Assembly: GCA_963701965.1 (NCBI GenBank)
Contig: OY969695.1
Coordinates: forward strand, 3,136,001 to 3,200,000
From: an uncultured Gemmatimonadales bacterium
GTDB taxonomy: Bacteria; Gemmatimonadota; Gemmatimonadetes; Gemmatimonadales; Gemmatimonadaceae
DNA length: 64,000 nt
Reading direction: 5' to 3'
Under the pieces are notes generated by a model. That model made no database searches. It worked only from the letters and a program-made list of their open reading frames with translations, and had not been told where the DNA came from. A program made the position numbers and the translations under genes. Of this stretch, positions 20,273 through 29,401 are shown piece by piece (position 1 is the first letter of the stretch; every line of letters begins with the position of its first letter).

Positions 20273-20632
20273 GTGGCGACAGCCGGATCCGAGTATACCG
20301 TCGATTTCCTCCCGTCCGTTGGCCCCAGCCTCACGGGCGTGTCGTTGGTGAGCGTCGCGATGCCTCCGTCGCCGTCGATACGATCCATGTCCATTACGAG
20401 GAAGGTCGACGCTGCCTCTCCAAAACTTTTCCAAATGTGCGTGGCCGGTGTGCACATCAAGCAGGCCACCATTACTTGCCGGAAGGCCGGCAAAGGGCAG
20501 CAAGAGTACATGATCGTGAAGCTGAACGACGTCGTGGTGACCAACGTTTCGCACAGCTCGACCGGAACGGATACGATCACGTTGAGCTTTTCCCAGATGA
20601 CGTCGAACGCCCCGCTGTCCGCGGCACTCTAG
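20273..20632 (+). CDS. Orphan, N-terminally atypical Hcp (T6SS tube)-like protein
   Basis: GGAGG RBS before GTG. ITRKVDAASPKLFQMCVAGVHIKQATITCRKAGKGQQEYMIVKLNDVVVT...ITLSF is a clear Hcp1 core. Confidence 0.8.
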   Translation: MATAGSEYTVDFLPSVGPSLTGVSLVSVAMPPSPSIRSMSITRKVDAASPKLFQMCVAGVHIKQATITCRKAGKGQQEYMIVKLNDVVVTNVSHSSTGTDTITLSFSQMTSNAPLSAAL

Positions 20633-20663
20633 ACGGCCAGCGCGAGCATCGCGGTCCTTGTCA

Positions 20664-21056
20664 ATGACGCTCGAGTGCATCAATTCCGCCGATCTGCCGA
20701 CCCCCACCACGTATACGCAGGTCGTCGTCGCGACGGGAAGCAAACTGGTATTCGTATCGGGTCAGGAGCCCGAAGACATACACGGCAAGCTCGTTGGCCC
20801 CGGAGATCTCGCGGCTCAGGCTCGCCAGGTATTTGGCAACCTCGGCCGTGCACTGGCTGCTGCCGGTGCCCGGCCTGATCAGGTCTGCACGATCACCATC
20901 TATGTCGTCAACTACGACCCTAGACCGATGCTTGGCGATTATCGAAGCAGCCCGGGTCGCGCTGTTCGGAGATCACAAGGCTGCCGACGTGGTGGTCGGC
21001 GTCGCAACGCTGTCCTCGGCTACCTGATCGAGGTCGACGCGATCGCCGTTGTTTGA
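20664..21056 (+). CDS. RidA/YjgF family protein (two compensating frameshifts at ~20920 and ~21017)
   Basis: YTQVV, VFVSGQ, QARQVFGNL, LIEVDAIAV. The middle AIIEAARVALFGDHKAADVVVGV is in another frame. Confidence 0.8.
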   Translation: MTLECINSADLPTPTTYTQVVVATGSKLVFVSGQEPEDIHGKLVGPGDLAAQARQVFGNLGRALAAAGARPDQVCTITIYVVNYDPRPMLGDYRSSPGRAVRRSQGCRRGGRRRNAVLGYLIEVDAIAVV

Positions 21057-21060
21057 CCGT

Positions 21061-21363
21061 CTACTTCGGTAGCTTGGCGCCGACGATGTCCAGCCGCTCG
21101 ATCACCGGTGGTGTGGCAAGGAGATTGGGCGCTTGCGCCATCAGTGCTTTGGCGATCGGCCCGGTGAGGTGCTTGTCCCGGCCGCTCTCGTTCTCGAACG
21201 CGTCGAAGATCGCGAACGTGCTGGGCGAGAACTTGAGCGCGAACCACAGCGGGGTGGTGGTCTCCTGATTCGCGAGTTGCAGCCCTTGCTGCAGGAACGC
21301 GGCGAGTTCTGCTTCCTTTCCGGGTTTCGCCTCGAGGCGGACAAAGAGGCCGAGCGTGAGCAT
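21061..21363 (-). CDS. Antibiotic biosynthesis monooxygenase (ABM) family protein
   Basis: LEAKPGKE, FAIFDAF...GRDKHLTGPIAKALM. Confidence 0.85.
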   Translation of the reverse strand: MLTLGLFVRLEAKPGKEAELAAFLQQGLQLANQETTTPLWFALKFSPSTFAIFDAFENESGRDKHLTGPIAKALMAQAPNLLATPPVIERLDIVGAKLPK

Positions 21364-21425
21364 AGCGAGTCTCCAGCATCGTGAGGGTATATGGAGCTTA
21401 GCGCTGGCACCGCCGTCCGCCCAGA

Positions 21426-21459
21426 GGCAAGAACGTCACGTTGCGCATCGATCTTGTCA
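21426..21459 (-). promoter_or_regulatory. Candidate GlxA/AraC binding site upstream of ABM gene
   Basis: Minus strand reads TGACAA-N15-TGACGTTCTTGCC, the same layout as 22417-22450. Confidence 0.65.
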
Positions 21460-22417
21460 AACCGTCCGGCGAATCTCTCTGATGCCAGCGTTGAGCTGGC
21501 GGCGCAAAAGGGCGCGCAGCGTGGCGCCATCGGCGTACCCGACGCGCGTGGCGATCTGATCCACGCTCAGCGGCGTCGTCTTGAGCAGGTGGACCGCGCG
21601 CTCGACGCGCAGACTTTGGAAGTATGAGAGCGGCGTCTTGCCGAGCACGCGCTCGAGTCGCCGGGCGAGCGTCCGCTTGCTGGCGCCCACGGCCTGCGCG
21701 GCATCGCTCAGCGAGAAGCCGCGAGTGAGCCGGCCCCGCGCCCAGTCCTCGAAGCGCTGCACGACGGGGTCCTCGTGGACGAGGTGATCCGCCAGCGCGT
21801 ACGCCGACTGCGATGCCCGGGGGTCGACGATCAGGTACCGGGCGGTGAGCGCCGCCAACTGCGGGCTCACGCGCCGGACGAGCCACAGCGCCAGATCCAT
21901 GTGGCTCAACGCCGCCCCGGCCGTGACGCAGCGGCCCGATCGCACGATCATCTGCGATTCGTCGAGGATCACGTGTGGATACCGCTGGCGGAAGAGCGGC
22001 GACAACCACCACGTCGTGGTCGCGCGTTGATGGTCGAGCACCCCTGACTCCGCCATCACGAACGTGCCGATGCACGCCGCCGCGAGCGTCGGTCCGCTCT
22101 TCGCCCACTGCTTGAGCGCCGCCGCGGCGTCCTGCGTGTCCGGCCGCGCCAGCGCGCGCTCCAGCGGGCCGGGCATTCTTGAAGCCAATCGCGGGGACGA
22201 CCACACAGTCCGGTGCTCTCGCCGCGATCGGGTGTACGGGCACACGCCAGCCCTGCGCGGTGCGCACGGCCCGCCGCACGCCCACGACGCGCACCGCGAA
22301 TCGCGGCACCGACATTTCCGTCATCTCGATCAACTCATTGGCCGTCTGCAGTGCATCGAGCACCGCCGACAGTCCCAGGTCAAACACTCCGTCCAGAGCG
22401 AGCACGTCGACGCGCAT
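21457..22417 (-). CDS. GlxA-family regulator (DJ-1/PfpI + AraC HTH), extra T at ~22176
   Basis: AAACIGTFVMAESG, ATTTWW, RASQSAY, SKRTLARR, VGYADGATLR. The junction repairs to GFKMPG. Confidence 0.88.
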
Positions 22418-22450
22418 GGCAAATCTCGACTCAAGATTGACGTTCTTGCC
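22417..22450 (+). promoter_or_regulatory. Candidate GlxA/AraC binding site upstream of cysteine-synthase-like gene
   Basis: TGGCAA-N15-TGACGTTCTTGCC; the 13-bp core is identical to the ABM site. Confidence 0.65.
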
Positions 22451-22512
22451 ACTGGGGATACCCACCACCGCCGCCCAAGTTGCCTGAATCACCCGAAACG
22501 GTCAAGGAACCG

Positions 22513-23463
22513 ATGACAACCAACGACATCCAACCGGACATCCTGCAGTGCATCGGCAACACCAGCCTGGTGCCGCTGCGGCACATTCGCCCTGCGAACG
22601 GCGCGCGCGTGCTGCTCAAGCTGGAGTCGGAGAACCCGACCGGGAGCATGAAGGATCGCGTGGCGGTCGCCATGATCCAGGCCGCTGAGCGCGATGGCCG
22701 CCTCCCGCCGGGCGGCGCCGTCGTCGAATACACCGGTGGCACGACGGGGGTGTCGCTCTCGCTCGTCTGCGCGGTCAAGCGGTATCCACTCTTCATCGTG
22801 AGCTCCGATGCCTTCGCCCGCGAGAAGCTCGATCAGATGGCGTTGATGGGCGCGTCGGTCGACGTCATTCCCAGCGACCGCGGGCTCATCACGGAGCAGC
22901 TCATCAAAGCCATGATCGAGGGCGCGCGCGCGATCGTGGAGCGCACGGGTGGCTTCTGGACCGATCAACTGAATAACACGGACGGGATCTCGGGGTACCA
23001 CACCCTGGCGGACGAGATCTGGACGCAGACCAAAGGACGAGTCGACGCCTTTGTCCAGAGTGTCGGCACCGCCGCCTCGATCCGAGGCGTGGCCGAAGGC
23101 TTACGCCGGCATCGTGCCGACGTGCAGATTGTCGCCGTCGAGCCTGCGGAATCCCCGGTGCTCGCGGGCGGCAAGACCGGCGCGCACCGTATCGAGGGTA
23201 TCGGCGCCGGCTTCGTCGTGCCTCTGTGGCGCCCTGACATCGCCAACACGATGGATCGCGTGCCGACCGAAGACGCCAATGCGATGGCGTTTCGACTGGC
23301 GCGCGAGGAGGGTATTTTCGCCGGCACGTCCACCGGCGCCAACGTCGTCGCCGCGCTCCGCGCCGCGGAGCGACTCGGATCTGGTTCCACGGTCGTCACG
23401 CTCATGGTCGACACCGGCATGAAGTATCTCGAGACCTACGGAGGTCTCTTGCGATCAGCGTGA
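22513..23463 (+). CDS. Cysteine synthase family PLP enzyme
   Basis: KLESENPTGSMKDRVA, GTAAS, HRIEGIG, AREEGIFAGTSTGAN, DTGMKYL. It has TGGTTG in place of the canonical TSGNTG loop. Confidence 0.88.
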   Translation: MTTNDIQPDILQCIGNTSLVPLRHIRPANGARVLLKLESENPTGSMKDRVAVAMIQAAERDGRLPPGGAVVEYTGGTTGVSLSLVCAVKRYPLFIVSSDAFAREKLDQMALMGASVDVIPSDRGLITEQLIKAMIEGARAIVERTGGFWTDQLNNTDGISGYHTLADEIWTQTKGRVDAFVQSVGTAASIRGVAEGLRRHRADVQIVAVEPAESPVLAGGKTGAHRIEGIGAGFVVPLWRPDIANTMDRVPTEDANAMAFRLAREEGIFAGTSTGANVVAALRAAERLGSGSTVVTLMVDTGMKYLETYGGLLRSA

Positions 23464-23620
23464 CCGGTACGCGTGTCACAAGGGCTATGTCCACTCGACC
23501 GATCGCTTGATCTGGTGGTATCCTGCAGATCCGGATGATGGTCCAGAAGAACACGCCCTAAAGATTAGCTAACATGTTGTTACGGCTCGGCTTACGAATC
23601 ATAATAGCGGGCGAACATGC

Positions 23621-23665
23621 TTGACTCCCGTCGTGCATGATGGTATATACCATTTGGTATCTATC
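23621..23665 (+). promoter_or_regulatory. vapBC promoter with operator palindrome
   Basis: TTGACT (23621) is 17 bp from TATATA. Palindrome ATGGTATATACCAT at 23640-23653, plus a second degenerate copy TGGTATCTATCA. Confidence 0.65.
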
Positions 23666-23688
23666 AGTACAACTGACATCGAGTCGAC

Positions 23689-24006
23689 ATGCCACGGTCA
23701 TCCCGAAAGGCACCACCCGCGCGCCGCCGCCGGCCGCCAACAACGGCCGACGCCGCGTCGGTCGTCGCTGAGGCCAGGCTCTTCATGAATGGCCGCAGCC
23801 AGGCGGTCCGGCTGCCGGCGGCATACCGGTTCACCGGGACGTCCGTGTACGTGAAGCGGTGGCGTGGGGCCGTGATTCTGCTGCCCAAGCGGAACCCGTG
23901 GGCAGCGCTGATCGACAGCCTTGGGGGATTTTCCGAGGACTTCTTGGCGGACCGCGCACAGCCGGCACCGCAAGAGCGGCCGGAGCTGGACGCGCTGTTC
24001 GACTAA
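23689..24006 (+). CDS. vapB: AbrB/SpoVT-type antitoxin
   Basis: ARLFMNGRSQAVRLPAAYRF, FSEDFL. Confidence 0.9.
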   Translation: MPRSSRKAPPARRRRPPTTADAASVVAEARLFMNGRSQAVRLPAAYRFTGTSVYVKRWRGAVILLPKRNPWAALIDSLGGFSEDFLADRAQPAPQERPELDALFD

Positions 24007-24018
24007 GGGCGCGCGGTC

Positions 24019-24432
24019 ATGCATATCCTCGACACAAGCACCTGCATCATGCTCATTCGCCGGCGAACCGAGGCGGCGGAGCGCGTGCTGCGACGGCTCA
24101 CGCGGCACGCGGTCACGGACGTTGCTGTCTCGGCACTCACCGTCGCGGAGTTGGAGCACGGGGTGGCGAAGAGCGCAGCGCCGGCGCAGAATCGGGCTCG
24201 ACTCGACCAGTTCCTTCTCCCGATCCAGATTCTACCGTTCGACAATGCGGCGGCCCTTGAGTATGGGGCCATCCGAGCCGATCTCGAACGGTGCGGGGTG
24301 GGGATCGGGCCGATCGACACGCTGTTGGCGGCGCAGGCCCGAAGCCTCGAGGCGGTGATGGTGACGGAGAACGCGGCCGAGTTTGAGCGGGTGCCGCGAC
24401 TCGTGGTCGAGGACTGGACGCGGATCCCCTAG
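24019..24432 (+). CDS. vapC: PIN-domain toxin
   Basis: ILDTSTC, AELEHG, IGPIDTLLAAQA, VTEN..EFERV. Confidence 0.92.
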   Translation: MHILDTSTCIMLIRRRTEAAERVLRRLTRHAVTDVAVSALTVAELEHGVAKSAAPAQNRARLDQFLLPIQILPFDNAAALEYGAIRADLERCGVGIGPIDTLLAAQARSLEAVMVTENAAEFERVPRLVVEDWTRIP

Positions 24433-24452
24433 CGAGGCCTTCCAGGAGTGGG

Positions 24453-25031
24453 TCACCACGAACGCGGCGGAGTTTCGGTCGTAGCGGCGGTTCGGCGTGC
24501 CCGCCACTCTTCGGCGGTGATCTCCCAAATCTCGGCCGGCAGCCGACCGGACACGTAGTCGCGCTCCCCGGTGCCGACGAGCCGCATCCCCTGCTTTTCC
24601 GAAATGCGGCGCGACGCGACGTTCGCCACGGCCTTGGGCACACGAAGGACCGGAAACCCGAGGACGTCGAACCAGTAGTCGGTCGCGACCTCGCACGCCT
24701 CGGTCATGAGGCCCTGCCGCTGCCAGGGGAGCCCAAGCCAAAAACTGCGATTGTCATTGGTGCCGCGCATCAGCGCAATGCTACCAATGAGGGCCTCCGG
24801 CCGCTCCTTGAGCCGCAACGTCCAATGCCATTTTTCGCCGCGCTCCATCGCCGGCAACACCGTGTCCCGATAGAACTGGACCGCGCCGTCGCTCGGATAG
24901 GGCCACGGGACCACCCTGGTGAGATAGCGGACGATCTCCCACTGCGGAAAAAGCACCTGCGTCTGCTCGGCGTCCGCGAGTTGCAGCGGGCGAAGAATCA
25001 GCCGGGCCGTCTCCAGGGTGGGCAGGGTCAC
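24453..25031 (-). CDS. RimJ/RimL-type GNAT acetyltransferase
   Basis: LETARLILRPL, WQRQGLMTEA, NVASRRISEKQGM. Confidence 0.88.
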   Translation of the reverse strand: MTLPTLETARLILRPLQLADAEQTQVLFPQWEIVRYLTRVVPWPYPSDGAVQFYRDTVLPAMERGEKWHWTLRLKERPEALIGSIALMRGTNDNRSFWLGLPWQRQGLMTEACEVATDYWFDVLGFPVLRVPKAVANVASRRISEKQGMRLVGTGERDYVSGRLPAEIWEITAEEWRARRTAATTETPPRSW

Positions 25032-25332
25032 GGGTGGCTGAGATCATGACGCGTCGCGCCGCCGACCGGCGCGTGGCGCCCGGCCGTCGCCAGCGATACC
25101 ATCAGCTGAATACTCGGGGTCACGCGCGCGGCTCGCAGATTCGTCAAAATATACCACGCGCTCGGCGCGTAGCCGATCTGGCAGTACAACGTGCACCAGC
25201 GATCCATCACGGCCACGATCGCGTTGCTCGCCGGCGTCCACGGCGTACGACACACGTGATACGGGGTGGTGCCGGGAAACGGCGCCGCCCCCGCACTGGC
25301 ATCGCCCGACTAAACCGGAGTGCGGCTGGACG

Positions 25333-25695
25333 TCACCCGCCAATCGTTTCCTGGCTGGCCACCACCCGGCTGCCCGCTTCCGGCTGGTCGTAGAACTCCC
25401 AGCGCAGCATGTATGGCGGCCGATCGATCAACCATAGTCGGCTCGCCAGCCTGCGCGTCGTCGCGTCCCGATCGTCCACAACCCACACGTCGCGGTACTG
25501 CTTGCCGAACACCTCGATGTCCTCGCGGCGCTTCGTCTCATACAGATGCGTTTCCCCGGAGCCTTGTCCATCGGACCACAAGCGCGCGCGATAGACCACT
25601 CCCAGCCGTCGCGGCAGGAATTCCACCATGATGTCGGCGGTCGGCCTATGGAACGCCTGCGGGTCGTGCGGCGTGTCGGGTGACGATGTTTCCAC
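25333..25695 (-). pseudogene. C-terminal fragment of a hypothetical protein, starting at the repeat boundary
   Basis: Protein-like composition, no RBS, and a 5' end that abuts the 139-bp repeat. Confidence 0.4.
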
Positions 25696-25832
25696 ACCAC
25701 CAAAATAAGGGCTCGCACTATTGCTCCACGCTCACGGGGACGATCATGTGGTACACCACGTACTGACGTTCCGTGGCCCGAATAGGAGCGTGCCCGGGCG
25801 CCGTCAGCATCAGCGAGCGTACGACGATCAAC
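25694..25832. repeat. 139-bp direct repeat, copy 1
   Basis: Aligns ungapped to 28532-28670 with 8 mismatches by manual count. Confidence 0.92.
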
Positions 25833-25860
25833 CCTCAAGGGGGCTTCAGTTTCCCGCCGC

Positions 25861-27345
25861 TCAAGCCAACCGTCGGCGGGTCGAGAGCACCGCCGCGAGC
25901 TGTCTCACCGCCAAGCGAATACGACTGACTTCGTATGAGCTGTATCCCAGTACAAGCCCGCCGCGTCGCAAGGGTCTGGTGCAGAACGTGGACAGCGGGA
26001 TCGCATCCATGCCGCGAAGCGCCGCCGCTCTCGCAACGCTTTGGTCGCTGACGCCAGGATTGAGCCAAGCGACCAGATACAAACCTGTCCCGCCCGGTGA
26101 CGTTTCCAGCATCCCTTCGGCTTGCGCGTCAATCGCGTCTACGAGTGCTTCTTGGCGCTCGTGATACGTGCGCTGTGTCGCTCTGACGAATCGCTCCAGG
26201 TGGCCCTCACGAATGAACTCGGCCAGGATGGCCTGCTCCACACCGGGCGGCTGTCGGCTCATCGCAAACCGGGCCCGTTGGAAGTTCTCGACGAGTGCCG
26301 GCGGAAGAATGAGGTATCCGATGCGCAATGAGGGAACGACACTCTTACTGAAGTTTCCGACGTATATCACTCGGTCGTCCTGATCGATGCTCCGCAGGCT
26401 TGCGACCGGGTTCCCTCCGTACCGATACTCGCACAAGTAGTCATCCTCGAGAATCCACGCATTCTTTGTCCTGGCCAGCTCCAACAGCTGGAAGCGGCGC
26501 GCCAGACTCATCATGGACCCGAGAGGACACTGAAATGATGGCGTGACAAAGACGAGCTTCGGTGAAGGTTCCAGGTTCCTTCCGGCGGAGACGACCAGCC
26601 CCTCGGCGTCGACCGGGACGGGGATCACGGTGAGTCGCGCACTGAGGAACGCCGCTCGCGCGCGAGGATATCCCGGTTCTTCCATCCACACCGACTCACC
26701 AGGATCGAGCAGCGTGTGAGCGCACAGATACAACGCTTGCTGGGCGCCGCAGACGACCAGCACCTGGTCGGGGTCGCAACGGATCGACCGGAGTCTGAGC
26801 ACGTAATCGCAAATGGCCTGTCGGAGCGGGCGATACCCCAGCGAGTCGCTGTGTTCAGGATCTCGGTTCGCCCGGCGCCAATGCTTGGCCGCGAGCCGGG
26901 ACCAGAGGTCGAGAGGAAACAGGCTCACGTCGGGCTGTCCCGGCCGAAGCGGCCGGGCAGCCGTTCGGAGGAAAGACAGGTCGGCAGCTGGAGGAAGACG
27001 CGACCGCTGTGAGACGATGGCCTTGGCGTGCGACGAACGGACGCGGGTTCCCTGGGCCTGCATTGCCAAATCACCGGGCACGTAGGCGGACACGCGGGTG
27101 CCTGAGCCCATCTTGCCTTCCAGATACCCTTCCGCGGTCAGCTGATCAAAAGCACTCAACACGGTCGTGCGAGAAACGCGAAGATCCCTGGCCAGGAGGC
27201 GAGTCGACGGCAGGCGAGCTCCGGGTCGCAGACGCCCCCCCAAAATGGCCTGCTTCACGACGACATAGAGCTGCCGGTGGAGCGACTCGTGACCAGAGAA
27301 GTTGATGTCGAGTTCGAGCATTGTCGCGCCGGGTTTCTTTGCCAT
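25861..27345 (-). CDS. MocR/GabR-family regulator (GntR HTH + aminotransferase domain)
   Basis: LPSTRLLARDLRVSRTTV, WMEEPGY, ILEDDY, GNFSKS..PSLRIGY. Confidence 0.92.
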   Translation of the reverse strand: MAKKPGATMLELDINFSGHESLHRQLYVVVKQAILGGRLRPGARLPSTRLLARDLRVSRTTVLSAFDQLTAEGYLEGKMGSGTRVSAYVPGDLAMQAQGTRVRSSHAKAIVSQRSRLPPAADLSFLRTAARPLRPGQPDVSLFPLDLWSRLAAKHWRRANRDPEHSDSLGYRPLRQAICDYVLRLRSIRCDPDQVLVVCGAQQALYLCAHTLLDPGESVWMEEPGYPRARAAFLSARLTVIPVPVDAEGLVVSAGRNLEPSPKLVFVTPSFQCPLGSMMSLARRFQLLELARTKNAWILEDDYLCEYRYGGNPVASLRSIDQDDRVIYVGNFSKSVVPSLRIGYLILPPALVENFQRARFAMSRQPPGVEQAILAEFIREGHLERFVRATQRTYHERQEALVDAIDAQAEGMLETSPGGTGLYLVAWLNPGVSDQSVARAAALRGMDAIPLSTFCTRPLRRGGLVLGYSSYEVSRIRLAVRQLAAVLSTRRRLA

Positions 27346-27358
27346 GGCTCATCTCCAA

Positions 27359-27404
27359 GTGGTATCTATGATGACCAAAATAATGGCTCTGGTGATGATA
27401 CCAC
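27359..27404. promoter_or_regulatory. MocR-type operator
   Basis: GTGGTATC (27359) and GATACCAC (27397) form an inverted pair with TGGCTCT between them, in the divergent intergenic region. Confidence 0.6.
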
Positions 27405-27455
27405 CCTGGTTTATCATAGTGGATGAGTATTCTCGATGCACGCATGCCCGGGGCG

Positions 27456-27860
27456 ATGCGAACCAACACGGCGATCTTGTTGCTGAGGATCGCGTCGGGT
27501 TGGGCGTTCTTGTATCACGGTAGTGCCATTCTTCTCGGCGCATTCTCAGGACCGGGGCCGAAGGGCTTTGCGGCCTCCCACCACTGGCCGGTGGCTGTCG
27601 CCTACCTCGTTGGGTTGGCGCAAGTCACAGGGGCCGTAGCGATCCTGACCGGATTGCTGTTTCGGCTGGGCGCAGCATTCGTTTTCATTGTCATGGTTGG
27701 AGCGATTGTGCTCGTCCATCTCCCGCACGGTTTTGACGTCTCCAACAACGGCATTGAATACCCTCTCACGCAGTTGATGGTCGCGACCGCGTTCGTGCTG
27801 GCCGGGCCGGGCGCGTATTCGCTCGCGGGTTGGCTTCCGCCCTGGCTACAGAAATGCTGA
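27456..27860 (+). CDS. DoxX family membrane protein
   Basis: LLLRIASG..FLYHG, VHLPHGF, GIEYPL, GPGAYSL. Confidence 0.88.
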   Translation: MRTNTAILLLRIASGWAFLYHGSAILLGAFSGPGPKGFAASHHWPVAVAYLVGLAQVTGAVAILTGLLFRLGAAFVFIVMVGAIVLVHLPHGFDVSNNGIEYPLTQLMVATAFVLAGPGAYSLAGWLPPWLQKC

Positions 27861-27876
27861 AACGCAAGGCGAGGGT

Positions 27877-28500
27877 GTGACGATTCACTGGGGCACGTTC
27901 TTCGCCGCGACCATGACCCTACTGCTCATACCAGGTCCATCCGTGATGTATGTCGTTACACGAGGTATCGAGCATGGATATCGGGGAGTACTCCTCTCGT
28001 CGCTGGGTCTCGCTTTCGGCGATCTGCTGCAGGTGCTGTGTACGGTCGCGGGACTGGCCGCGCTGCTCGCCTCTTCCGTCTGGCTCCTTGGCATTGTCAA
28101 GTACGCGGGAGCTGCCTATCTGTTTCTACTTGGCATACATCGATTCCGTGTGACGCACGGGGCTCTGGTGACACACGGCGTGATGACGACCGATCCAGTT
28201 CGGCAGACCAGCCGCTCGTTGCTCCTGCAGGGTTTCTTCGCATTGAATCCGAAGACCGCACTATTCTTCCTGGCGCTCTTCCCTCAATTTGTCGTCAGGA
28301 ACGCAGGACCGGTGTGGCTCCAGATTCTGGTCCTGGGTTGCGTGTTCATTGCTCTTGGATTCGTCACGAATTCCATGTACGGGTGCGTGGGTGGAAAGCT
28401 CAGATTCTTCGCCGAACACAGTCCGAGGTTCCCGGTGGCGACTCGCTACGTCAGTAGTGGGGTGTTGGTTTGCATGGGCATAGCCGCCGCCTTGGCTTAA
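27877..28500 (+). CDS. LysE/RhtB family exporter
   Basis: IPGPSVMYV, KYAGAAYL, LNPKTALFFLALFPQF. Confidence 0.9.
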   Translation: MTIHWGTFFAATMTLLLIPGPSVMYVVTRGIEHGYRGVLLSSLGLAFGDLLQVLCTVAGLAALLASSVWLLGIVKYAGAAYLFLLGIHRFRVTHGALVTHGVMTTDPVRQTSRSLLLQGFFALNPKTALFFLALFPQFVVRNAGPVWLQILVLGCVFIALGFVTNSMYGCVGGKLRFFAEHSPRFPVATRYVSSGVLVCMGIAAALA

Positions 28501-28531
28501 CTCGGCTCTTCGCGCCTTCAGCTCGCTGGCG

Positions 28532-28670
28532 ACACCACCCAACTAAGGGCTCGCACTATTGCTCCGCGCTTACGGGGACGATCATGTTGTACACCACGTA
28601 CTGACGTTCCGTGGCCCGAATAGGAGCGTGCCCGGGCGCCGTGAGCATCAGCGAGCGTTCGACGGTCAAC
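28532..28670. repeat. 139-bp direct repeat, copy 2 (3' end of the 28556-29308 gene)
   Basis: Aligns to 25694-25832. Confidence 0.92.
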
Positions 28671-29308
28671 TCGTCGGCGATCACCGCGCCGTCGCGAATA
28701 ATCGTGTAGCCGGTCCACCGGGCCGCGCCCGGCGCGGCATCGAATGTCGTAGACACGCTGTCCTTGGTCAGCGTGACATGGCCGTTGTCATGTGCGAACG
28801 GCCCCTGACCCGTCCCGTCGCGCCGGAGCATCACCATCCCCGCGGCGGTGTCGACATGAATGACGTGCACCGTCTGCGATCCCGGCGGGCCCATCCCCCA
28901 GGGCTTCGGCAGCGCGACCGTCCACGTCGTGCCGTCGCACACGTCGTGAGGCGCGTCGCCCCACACGTAGGGGTTGTAGAGCACGCCGCTGGCGTCCGTG
29001 TACAACGCGCACTGTCCGTCCACGCACCGCGTGCGGCGGCCATCGCGCATGACAACCGAGGCGTGCAGGTCGCCTTGGCCATAGGAGTGGATTCGGGCAT
29101 TGAACGCGAGGCTGTCGGGTCTCGCGCTCGTCACGACGAACGACAACGTCCCCGCATCATGCGTCGCGATTTCGGCATATCCATCGGCTTTCACCGCGGT
29201 CGTGAACACCAGACCATTGGAGAGCGTATCGCCGACATGGAGACGGGGAACCAGGGCCGCATTGCCGGAGTGACACATCACCGCGACCAGCATCGTCATC
29301 AGGTTCAT
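28556..29308 (-). CDS. Exported hypothetical beta-rich protein
   Basis: Hydrophobic N-terminus, normal codon bias, Cys pair CVDGQC. Confidence 0.7.
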   Translation of the reverse strand: MNLMTMLVAVMCHSGNAALVPRLHVGDTLSNGLVFTTAVKADGYAEIATHDAGTLSFVVTSARPDSLAFNARIHSYGQGDLHASVVMRDGRRTRCVDGQCALYTDASGVLYNPYVWGDAPHDVCDGTTWTVALPKPWGMGPPGSQTVHVIHVDTAAGMVMLRRDGTGQGPFAHDNGHVTLTKDSVSTTFDAAPGAARWTGYTIIRDGAVIADELTVERSLMLTAPGHAPIRATERQYVVYNMIVPVSAEQ

Positions 29309-29401
29309 GTCACCCAAGGTACCGCGTCCTTCGTGAGGCATGCGAGCATCATGCGGCAGGACGTGCGTGCGGTGCGACGGACCGTGGTGGGCGCCCGTGC
29401 G

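Noticed and set aside
17933..20632. A type VI secretion system or contractile injection locus
   Set aside because: Only Hcp-like fragments are present; no sheath, baseplate, VgrG, PAAR or ClpV recognised.
21398..22492. 364-aa ORF and other long Arg/Ala/Gly-rich ORFs (e.g. 28559-30376, 37861-39252, 40504-42027, 47822-49360, 57834-59243)
   Set aside because: Shadow or frameshift frames of real genes, expected in high-GC DNA.
23555..23590. AT-rich patch with short palindromes before vapBC, and GCCGTAAC at ~42307, as dif/pdif-like sites
   Set aside because: Spacing and XerD arm do not match the dif consensus.
25028..25343. Short ORFs between the GNAT and the repeat
   Set aside because: No recognisable motif or RBS in any frame; probably decayed sequence.
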